Assembly (NCBI GenBank): GCA_012295275.1
Contig: CM022673.1
Coordinates: forward strand, 2,976,001-3,040,000
Source: Chrysomallon squamiferum
Lineage: Eukaryota > Animalia > Mollusca
DNA: 64,000 bases
Direction of reading: 5' to 3'
Part shown: piece by piece, positions 44,763 through 53,735 of the stretch
Layout: the number at the start of each line of letters is the position of its first letter
Numbering within the stretch: the first letter of the stretch is position 1
Position numbers and translations under genes: made by a program
The notes under the pieces: model-generated
Told to the model about the DNA's origin: nothing
The model's database searches: none
What the model saw: only the letters and a program-made list of their open reading frames with translations

Positions 44763-44914
44763 GAGATCGCTCTGCTGGGAGTGGACGGGAAAAGGTCTGC
44801 GTGTATAATCTGTCGCGAGCCGACTGAGCTGTTTTCTCTCGACAAAGCGACGTTTCTAGCCGTGTGCCCCGGAATCTTCGAGAAGGAACTGCAGGAAAAG
44901 ACGAGGTTTGCCAG
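44763..44914 (+). CDS. CNBD2-like gene exon 5 (phosphate-binding cassette of domain A)
   Basis: gctgCAG acceptor, AG|GTAAAG donor (phase 2); EIALLGVDGKRSACIICREPTELFSLDKATFLAVCPGIFEKELQEKTRFAR completes the FGE-x-AL...R-x-A cassette. Confidence 0.93.
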
Positions 44915-45379
44915 GTAAAGACTGGAGAAAATAAACCACTGTTGTTGTGTGAAGTGTTTATGTTCAATATAAACCACACATATATATATATATATATACA
45001 TACCATAATTTTTTTTCATTTATTAATAATAGATCCAGTTTATTTTATTTTTTTTTTTTGTTTTGTAATCACAAAAAATAATCCAGTTCATTTAATTCGA
45101 AAAATGATTAAAGTTTTTCATTTGAAAAAATTTCCAGTTTGCTTAATTAAAAAAAATCAAAAAAAAAAAAAACAATCTAATTTGTTTGATAAGAAAAACA
45201 ATGTACATGCAATTTGCTTAATTAACTTAACTATTTTTTCCCCCCCTTTTTTTTTTTCGCTTTCGTTTTTCTGGTCGTTTTTAATTTTCAAATTTTTAAT
45301 TTTAATTTTTTTTATTTTGCTAATTTTCTTTTATCTTGGCATTAATCGTTGTAACAACGACGTTAAGCAAGTTTCTTTT

Positions 45380-45680
45380 AAGGAAAGAAAAACAACGTAC
45401 GATTTAACAACTCACTCAGATTGTTAAAATATGTACTTAACGTTGCGTGTTACATTCGGGTTAACGACCTTATCGATAATGAGAAAAGAAACCCGCTGAA
45501 GTCGTGGTAATGTCGATTCTTGTCCGAATAAAAGCAAGAGATCTTATAATTTGCACCTTCTCGTACACATGAAAAATCATATGTTATATGAAAATCATGG
45601 AGCACTATCTAGAACAAGAGAGAGCTCAAATGAGCTCATTGCAGAGAACGGATCCCGCTAACTTTCGCTTTGAGATACGT
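45380..45680 (-). mobile_element. Degenerate SINE-like dispersed repeat (inverted relative to 42880-43125)
   Basis: AGCAAGAGATCTTATAATTTGCACCTTCTCGTACACATGA is the reverse-complement counterpart of the core in the 42.9-43.1 kb copy. Confidence 0.5.
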
Positions 45681-46269
45681 GTAGAAGTGTAATATTATTT
45701 ATAGGTTTCAATCAAATATGCAACGATATTCATCTCCTGTCTCAGACACGTTATAGAACAAGTAAAGAAGATAAATATAAAAAATAATAATAATTCATTT
45801 TCATTACTAAGGACAGACACATTAACAGTAATAATTCAAACGTGTTTATAAATCTCTTTGGTATTCCAATCTTGGATTTCATCACTATAACATCTGGATC
45901 ATAAAGTCTTTGAAATCACGTAGCAACGTTAGTGACAAATGTCATTATTATTTCCACTTCTCCACATGCTATTAATTCAACATCGTTCTATGAACGACGC
46001 CATCGCGGGATGTTGAGTGAGTACTTTCAACACTGCGCACGTCATCTGTCTGTCTTTGACGACAGGATTCAGGTGGACAAGCACTGAAGTTTGCACGAGC
46101 AAGTCAGTTGTTGAAATACGTCTTTCATATCCGTGATCTTAATTAAGAAAGCGTGGGAAGGGATTATTACTGAATGCAATGGTCTTTCTTTCATTCCAAT
46201 CTCTGTCTGGCCATTAAATGTGGATTACAGATATACTGTCTGGATCGCAATATAAAACGTGTGTTCATT

Positions 46270-46273
<4 letters not shown>

Positions 46274-46342
<69 letters not shown>

Positions 46343-46521
46343 CTCTCTCTCTCTGTCTGTCTCTCTCTCTCTCTGTCTCTCTCTCTGTGTCTTTTTCTCT
46401 ATCTCTCTCTGTCTCTCTCTCTCTGTGTCTCTCTCTGTCTCGCTCTCGCTCTCTGTGTCTCTCTCTGTGTGTGTCTCTCTCTCTGTCCCTCTCTCTCTAT
46501 CTCTCTCTGTGTGTGTGTGTG

Positions 46522-46552
<31 letters not shown>

Positions 46553-46579
46553 GTGTGTGTGTCTCTCTCTCTCGTGTCT

Positions 46580-46668
<89 letters not shown>
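46274..46668. repeat. Compound (CT)n/(GT)n microsatellite abutting the exon-6 acceptor; representative of many (GA)n, (AAT)n, (TG)n, (TATG)n and (ACT)n tracts in the window
   Basis: Directly visible; other long tracts include 10859-10974, 27413-27523, 34081-34180, 40248-40417, 53634-53732 and 63228-63333. Confidence 0.95.
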
Positions 46669-46671
<3 letters not shown>

Positions 46672-46688
46672 GTTGTTTGTTATTTCAG

Positions 46689-46827
46689 ACAGTTTCCGTT
46701 GTTTGAGAACTGGGAGGACGAGGTGGTCAAACAGCTGTGTTTCAACTCTCAGATTATTTACGTTCCTCACGGACGGGTCGTCGACGCTGATTGGTCGAAA
46801 TCGAATTTCGTATTCTTCGTCATGAAG
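46689..46827 (+). CDS. CNBD2-like gene exon 6 (start of second cNMP-like domain)
   Basis: tatttCAG acceptor, AAG|GTAAAG donor; QFPLFENWEDEVVKQLCFNSQIIYVPHGRVVDADWSKSNFVFFVMK. Confidence 0.9.
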
Positions 46828-47472
46828 GTAAAGGCTAACACGGCTTATTGAACATCGTTCATGTAGTCATTTCGTATTTTCGTCATGAAGGTAAAGGCTG
46901 TGTCCACATCAAACGTTCAAAGTCATTTTTCGTGTTCAAACGAAATTCTTTTTCGTTTTCGATTTACGAGTATTGTTAATAGTGACCAAACAAAATTAAC
47001 ATAGGAATGTTAGTTACAATATCATTACTATTTCCAGTTTTCTATAAATAATCAAATTTACGAATGTTAATAATCATCAAACAAAATCTACTACAAATAC
47101 CAATATTAGTTATACTGTCGTTATTATTTCCAGTTATTATTATATCAAATGTTCATAATAAATAAAATCTAGCCCTCATAGCAATATTTGTTTCAGTGTA
47201 AAATTATTTCCAATTTTTTGTACGTCCAGTTAATGCAACTCTTTTTAAAAACGACAGCAGCGTCAACGGCAGTACCAATAATAGTGTCAGTAACAGAAGA
47301 GGCATTAGCAACAACAGCAAAAACAGAAACTTCATGAAAGTTTATTAAAGTTATAATAATATCAACAAAACAACAATAATAACAAGAACAAACTCAAAAA
47401 TAAAGATACTAGTGAAATAGAACAGTAAAAATAGACTTGTACGATTATTTCTAAAATAGTGATAATTAAATA

Positions 47473-47528
<56 letters not shown>

Positions 47529-47648
47529 TAATAATAATAATGACGATGATGATAATAATAATAATAATGATAATAATCATAAATTTTTTATAATTAAAAG
47601 AAAAGAAAAAGAAGACAAGAATAGCTTAAATAAAAATAAAAAAGTAGG

Positions 47649-48383
47649 ATTGTTTTAAATCTTGTAAGACTCGCTGAGTTACAGAACCAGTCTCTCACTC
47701 GTTTCAGATTGTTTTAAATCTTGTAAGACTTGCTAAACCAGTCTCTCACTCGTTTCAGATTGTTTTAAATCTTGTAAGACTTGCTGAACCAGACTCTCAC
47801 TCGTTTCAGATTGTTTTAAATCTTGTAAGACTTGCTGAGTTACAGAGCCAGTCTCTCACTCGTTATAGATTGTTTTAAATCTTGTAAGACTTGCTGAGTT
47901 ACAGAGCCAGTCTCTCACTCGTTTCAGATTGTTTTAAATCTTGTAAGACTTGCTGAGTTACAGAACCAGTCTCTCACTCGTTTCAGATTGTTTTAAATCT
48001 TGTAAGACTTGCTGAACCAGTCTCTCACTCGTTTCAGATTGTTTTAAATCTTGTAAGACTTGCTGAACCAGTCTCTCACTCGTTTCAGATTGTTTTAAAT
48101 CTTGTAAGACTTGCTGAGTTACAGAGCCAGTCTCTCACTCGTTATAGATTGTTTTAAATCTTGTAAGACTTGCTGAGTTACAGAACCAGTCTCTCACTCG
48201 TTTCAGATTGTTTTAAATCTTGTAAGACTTGCTGAGTTACAGAACCAGTCTCTCACTCGTTTCAGATTGTTTTAAATCTTGTAAGAATCGCTGAGTTACA
48301 GAACCAGACTCTCACTCGTTTCAGATTGTTTTAAATCTTGTAAGACTCGCTGAGTAACAGAACCAGTCTCTCACTCGTTTCAG
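47649..48383 (+). repeat. Minisatellite: 13 tandem units (9 x 59 bp + 4 x 51 bp) ending exactly at the exon-7 splice acceptor
   Basis: Unit ATTGTTTTAAATCTTGTAAGACTTGCTGA[GTTACAGA]ACCAGTCTCTCACTCGTTTCAG; unit ends at 47707, 47758, 47809, 47868, 47927, 47986, 48037, 48088, 48147, 48206, 48265, 48324, 48383. Confidence 0.97.
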
Positions 48384-48548
48384 GGTCGAGTTTCTCTCTT
48401 ACGCGAATTCGACGCCAGCGACATGTACAAGATGACAGCACTGGGCATGATGGACAAGGAGATTCACTTCCGGTTCACAGAGGGCGAGGCCAGTCGGAGC
48501 AGACGACAGATAGCTTGCATAGGCTGGCTGCACGAGGGTGACCAGAGT
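48384..48548 (+). CDS. CNBD2-like gene exon 7
   Basis: Acceptor is the CAG ending the last minisatellite unit (48381-83); GRVSLLREFDASDMYKMTALGMMDKEIHFRFTEGEASRSRRQIACIGWLHEGDQS. Of four staggered GTs, only the one at 48549 keeps frame with exon 8. Confidence 0.85.
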
Positions 48549-48552
48549 GTGT

Positions 48553-49030
48553 GTACCTTGACACGTTCTTAACCTTTCACCTACCTTGATCTCTTTTTAT
48601 CTCTTGCTGGTCTGACGATTATATTATATGTATGTATGTATGTATGTATGTGTGTATGTATATGTGTGTGTGTGTATGTATGTATGTATGTATGTATGTG
48701 TGTATGTATGTATGTATGTATGTATGTATGTATGTGTGTGTATGTATATGTGTGTATGTATGTATGTATGTATGTATGTGTATATGTGTGTGTGTATGTA
48801 TGTATGTATGTATGTATGTGTGTATGTATGTGTGTATGTATGTATGTATGTACCTTAATACGTTCTAAACCTTTCACCTCTTGCTGGTATAACGATTAGA
48901 TTATGTGTATGTATGTATGTATGTATGTATGTATGTATGTGTGTATGTATGTACCTTGACACGTTCTTAACCTTTCACCTCTTGCTGGTCTGTCGATTAC
49001 ATTATATGTGTGTATGTATGTGTGTATAAG
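48553..49030 (+). repeat. Three-copy compound repeat (about 55-75 bp unique head plus variable TATG/TG tail) starting at the exon-7 donor
   Basis: GTACCTTGACACGTTCTTAACCTTTCACCT...CTTGCTGGTCTGACGATTA-like heads at 48553, 48850 and 48951, separated by (TATG)n. Confidence 0.9.
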
Positions 49031-49173
49031 TATATATGGTAATTAGGTTTCTGCTGTTATTATTATTATGTATCCTTTAAAATTTAAATTACAGTTTCTG
49101 TGCCCATTATTAAATATCTGCCATTTTTTAAATGTTTTTTTTTTTTTTTTTTTTTTTTTTTTGAACGAAACAG

Positions 49174-49334
49174 GAATTGAGAATTCTCTCTCTGGAACCT
49201 TCTGGCGACATAGCGCCCATCACAATGCTGAGCGAGGGGGTGAAAGTCTTCAGAGTGGCTGTGAGGACGTTCAGACGACTGGCACCAAGGAAATTAGTCG
49301 AGGAATACCTGAAGAAAGTCTACGTGCCCAGAGA
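49174..49334 (+). CDS. CNBD2-like gene exon 8
   Basis: Poly-T tract then aaaCAG acceptor, GA|GTAAGT donor (phase 2); ELRILSLEPSGDIAPITMLSEGVKVFRVAVRTFRRLAPRKLVEEYLKKVYVPRE. Confidence 0.88.
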
Positions 49335-49915
49335 GTAAGTCTGCTCGTCTTGTCTTTAAAAGAAAAAACCTGATTACTACAGAGAGCGCCATACTGCATA
49401 ACAGTAATTTATTTATTATTGTTAGTGATATTGTTATTATTATTGTCATTGTTATTATTGTTATTATTATTAGTGATATTACTGTTATTCTAATTACTGT
49501 TATTATTGTTGTTGTTGTTATTATTATTATTATTATTATTTATTTATTTTATTTTCTCTTAAGAATCGTCAGTTTCATAAAATGTGATGAGGTGTCGATT
49601 TCATCATTCATTTATTATAACGATTAAATCTGATAATATCAAAAATCTAAATAAAAATATCTGCTGTGGTGCAGATAAATTTAATATTAATAAAATCGTT
49701 AGTTCTTTAATATAATTAAGTTTTAATGTTTTTTGTTTTTTTATTATTATTATTTGTATTTGTATATGATGCTCCTAATGGGATCGTATTATTGTAAAAT
49801 TCGCTGTTCATTAATTAGAGTAGTAATGATTTTGAATATAATATTATAAATATTTGCTGCACCTGTCTGTTCAAATATAAAACACAGAAGGATAAAATAG
49901 AAGAAAAACAAATTC

Positions 49916-49988
49916 AGCCCAACGTGGGGCTCGAACCCACGACCCCGAGATTAAGAGTCTCGTGCTCTACCGACTGAGCTAGCCAGGC
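49916..49988 (-). tRNA. tRNA-Lys-CTT: tRNA-Lys(CTT), copy 1, antisense in intron 8 of the CNBD2-like gene
   Basis: Reverse complement GCCTGGCTAGCTCAGTCGGTAGAGCACGAGACTCTTAATCTCGGGGTCGTGGGTTCGAGCCCCACGTTGGGCT; 73 nt, full cloverleaf, A and B boxes, anticodon CTT; short T-runs downstream. Confidence 0.93.
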
Positions 49989-50621
49989 CTATAGAACATC
50001 GTTACATTTCTCTCTGTCATCTACAAACTTCCACCCAGTTCTGCTTCATTTTGTTATTAAAGATTAGCACGGGTCAAATATATTTTATTGTTATTTATTC
50101 AAACTTAAAGTTGTGAAGCAATGGTTGGAACGGGAAATATTTATTTTGTTGAAAACTAATGCAGGTAAGATTCATCCACACGTTAATAATTAAATCATTT
50201 GAAAAAACGACAGCAACAACATTTCCTTACTATTGCCGTTATTAGTACTTCCACTACCACTACTATTACTACTTCTACTACTACTACTGCTACTCCTAAT
50301 ATCACTACAGCGACTGCTGCTGTTAGTATTACACTGTTTCTACTGTTACTACGACAACGACTGTTGCCACGGAGAATACTGTTGCAGCTACTATTACTGC
50401 TACAGCTACGACAATTATAACTGCATCTTTTAGGATTACTACCATATATACGTCTTCTACAATTACCACTACTACTACTACTGTAATAATAATAATAATA
50501 ATAATAACAATAACAATAACAATAACAATAACAATAACAATAATAATAATAATAAATTTGATAATTTTTAAAATAAATTTTTTTAGTAATTCTTTCTTTC
50601 GTTCTTTATTTTAATCTTAAG

Positions 50622-50862
50622 GATTCCTTCCAATGTTGAGATATGTGAGAAGGTGTTTAAAGACAACATTTGGGCGGAGTACAAGAGGAAGGTGCTCACG
50701 GAGACTGTAATGCAGCAGAGACAGATGAACATCTCACAGGTGCCAGTCACCTCCAAGGGCTCCAGCGGGTGGGCCCGGTGGCCTGGCTACGACGTCAACG
50801 CCGACGTGAAAACAAGCCGACTTTGTGCCAGGAACACACGTTCCGAGGTTACCACACAACCA
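50622..50862 (+). CDS. CNBD2-like gene exon 9 (3' end 50862, alternatively 50847)
   Basis: Pyrimidine tract and ttAAG acceptor; IPSNVEICEKVFKDNIWAEYKRKVLTETV...GWARWPGYDV...; in-frame donor candidates CCA|GTTTGT (50863) and GAG|GTTACC (50848). Confidence 0.82.
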
Positions 50863-50944
50863 GTTTGTGCTACATTACATTACATTATATTACATTATAT
50901 TATATATAAAACCAGAAAGAAGAAGAGAGAGAAAAAAAAAATTT

Positions 50945-51017
50945 AGCCCAACGTGGGGCTCGAACCCACGACCCCGAGATTAAGAGTCTCGTGCTCTACC
51001 GACTGAGCTAGCCAGGC
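50945..51017 (-). tRNA. tRNA-Lys-CTT: tRNA-Lys(CTT), copy 2, antisense in intron 9 of the CNBD2-like gene
   Basis: Identical 73-nt sequence to copy 1, followed on the minus strand by a long oligo-T Pol III terminator (A-run at about 50932-50941). Confidence 0.94.
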
Positions 51018-51334
51018 CTATAGAACATCGTTACATTTCTCTCTATCATCTACAAACTTCCACCCAGTTCTGCAAAATTTAGCAATTATTATGTAATTAC
51101 GTTTAAATTATAATAATAATAATTAATAAGAGTCGAATTTATTCAGTTGTGAGGCAATGGTTGGAACGGGAAATATTTATTTTAATGAAAAGTATCATCA
51201 TCAATGATTGTTGTTACTGTTATTGTTATTATTGTTATTATTATTATTATAATTATTATTATTATTATTATAATTATTATTATTATTAATTTCCAGCTCT
51301 TCTTCTTTTCTCTCTTTTCTCTCCTTTTCTTTAG

Positions 51335-51733
51335 ATAAGTGTATTTGAATTCGTCAACATCTCGCCAGTACGCGGGTCGTTCACCACGCCAACAGCAGCA
51401 GCAGCCCACGTCACGAAACAGACAGACGCGACGACGTCAGCAAACAGACCGAGGTACAGACGTCCGCCGGAGACGAGAACTCAGGCAGCCGAGCCCGTCG
51501 TTGTGACGAACGAGACGTCTGTGATGTTGAGGCCACATCCGACCCGCAACATCTTCGAACTGAGAGCCAACCTGAACAGGGTCAAAAAGAAAATAGAACT
51601 GAACCAAAAGAAACTGAACCAGACAAACAATGCCTCGTCTACAAGCAACGCCTCGTCTACAAGCAACGCCTCGTCTACAAACAACGCCTCGTCTACAAAC
51701 AACGTGTTTTTAACCGCGCCAGACTGCGAGTAG
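51335..51733 (+). CDS. CNBD2-like gene terminal exon 10
   Basis: Strong pyrimidine tract and TAG acceptor at 51332-34; open frame ISVFEFVNISPVRG...RNIFELRANLNRVKKKIELNQKKLNQ...NVFLTAPDCE*; stop TAG at 51731-33. Confidence 0.8.
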   Translation: MSVFEFVNISPVRGSFTTPTAAAAHVTKQTDATTSANRPRYRRPPETRTQAAEPVVVTNETSVMLRPHPTRNIFELRANLNRVKKKIELNQKKLNQTNNASSTSNASSTSNASSTNNASSTNNVFLTAPDCE

Positions 51734-52384
51734 CAGACGAGACAAAGTTCACTGGTTTTCATTTCTCTGATGGACAAAGCACGCCACATTTGTTTGTTTA
51801 TTTATTTATTTCTACAATTTTTATTTATTTATTTATTTATGTACACTATATGTATCTTTTTTATATAATTATTATTATTTTTTAAAATGAATTAAAAATC
51901 ATTGAAAACATAAAGGTTAAGTCTTATATATAGACACTGTTCGAAAGAGAAGAAAAATTTCGATAACAAAACAAAGGAGAGAAAAAAATATTTTTATTTC
52001 TTTTATTTCTCTCTCTTTCTCACTCGATATATATATATAACACAACATTGTTCAGATTCTATTTTATAACTACGTATATGACAGAGGCCATAGCAAGACA
52101 ATCTATCAAGCTTACATAAATAATAAAAACACCAACATAACAATAAACAGCCAAAAAAAAAAAACCAAAACAACCCAAAACATTATCCCAACAAAATCCT
52201 TTTGTCAGTTACGCCTAAAGAGTTACGAACGAAATGCCAGACAGAAATCAATGAATTATCACATCCAAATTCATAGAATACAAAACCAAAGAGATAAAAG
52301 AAGCTAAAAACTTATGCACAGACTGTAAATAAAAGTACATTAGGACAGTGATCGAGAAAACGCTGTAGCCATTGTGCCCTGGAG

Positions 52385-52524
52385 AAGGCGAGTTAGGAAT
52401 GATCAGGTTTGTTGTGAGACTGTGTTAAAGGCGAGTTAGGAATGATCAGGTTTGTTGTGAGACTGTGTTAAAGGCGAGTTAGGAATAATCAGGTTTGTTG
52501 TGAGACTGTGTTAAAGGCGAGTTA
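52385..52524. repeat. 43-bp minisatellite, about 3.25 copies
   Basis: AAGGCGAGTTAGGAATGATCAGGTTTGTTGTGAGACTGTGTTA starting at 52385, 52428, 52471 and partially 52514. Confidence 0.95.
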
Positions 52525-52773
52525 CTGTTGGTTACAAGGGAGGGAAGTCTACTGAGGATACAGAGCCCGCAGCGTGAAGTCTCTGTCTTACGAAAGTGCA
52601 GAAATGACGGCGTTAACATTAATGAATGAATATTTTATCGATATGATGTATAAAAGGGTTGTTTCGTTTGAAACATACTGGTTTCTTAAATAATCATCAT
52701 CATCATCATTATTATTTTTGTTTTTATTGTCGTTTTCATCATTAAAAAAAAAAAATTACAGTAATAAGAAAAA

Positions 52774-52804
<31 letters not shown>

Positions 52805-53629
52805 AACAAAACAACAACAACAACAACAACAACAATAATAATAATAATAATAATATTCTTCTTCTTCTTCTTCTTATTATTATTAATACCAATATTATTT
52901 GATAATAATGGAATAAACATATAATTTTTGGACGGTCCCTTAACCAGTGTTCATATTACTGGGTTAATACTGAGAGGTTCCAGATATCCAAACCACAAGC
53001 GATGGATCAACTGCAAGGCTTTGTGTTCTGAAAGAGAGATCTGTCCTGGGGCCTCAATGAGTCACATAATGGGTTGTTTCTAAATAACCAGTCCCAGGCT
53101 ACGCTCTCTATTAGCACCGGTTATAAAGTAAAATTATACCAGCAATGAAACCACACAGTTATCTGTTAGAAGTGTAGGTGTCAGTCAGTGAAATTCTTTT
53201 TGAACGTGATTGTGTTTACTGAAGGCTTAAGTACGTATATCTAGGGCAGATAAAAGAGAATCCTGTGTTGGGTGCTCAAGATTGATAATGTACATTTGAT
53301 ACTGATTAGTTAGAGAGAAATACAGATATTGTATGTTTTACATATTTACTCTTGAAAAAAAACTACCGAGATTCAGTCCCAGAAATTATTATACAGAGGT
53401 TAATAGCTGAAGAGGCTCATAAAACTCCTAAACTGAACTCGATAATACACTACTTGGATAATATAATATTAAAGAAACAGAATCCTAATATCATCTTGAC
53501 GATTAAAGGATAAAGGTTTAATCTTCGAGATGAATAACTATAGTTTGTTTTCTAAATAATCTGTTATCTTTCTAACCTAAATCTGTCAATGGTCGCATAG
53601 AGTGAGTCAGAGATACGAGTAAGACACAC

Positions 53630-53735
<106 letters not shown>

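Noticed and set aside
46174-46688. Longest ORF in the track (225 aa, 46174-46851)
   Set aside because: Only 46689-46827 is a real exon; the rest is (CT)n read-through.
47649-48383. CRISPR-like regular array
   Set aside because: Units are head-to-tail with no unique spacers, there are no cas genes, and the context is a eukaryotic intron; it is a minisatellite.
49583-49634. GTGATGA...CTGA as a possible C/D-box snoRNA
   Set aside because: Only about 50 nt, AT-rich, with no terminal stem or recognisable guide.
49916-51017. tRNA-Lys copies as SINE heads or retroelement primer sites
   Set aside because: Both are full-length with intact stems and oligo-T terminators; no SINE body, LTR or pol remnants are adjacent.
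52930-53530. Unique-looking block that might be a transposon remnant or exon
   Set aside because: No ORF, terminal repeats or splice pattern I can support by eye.
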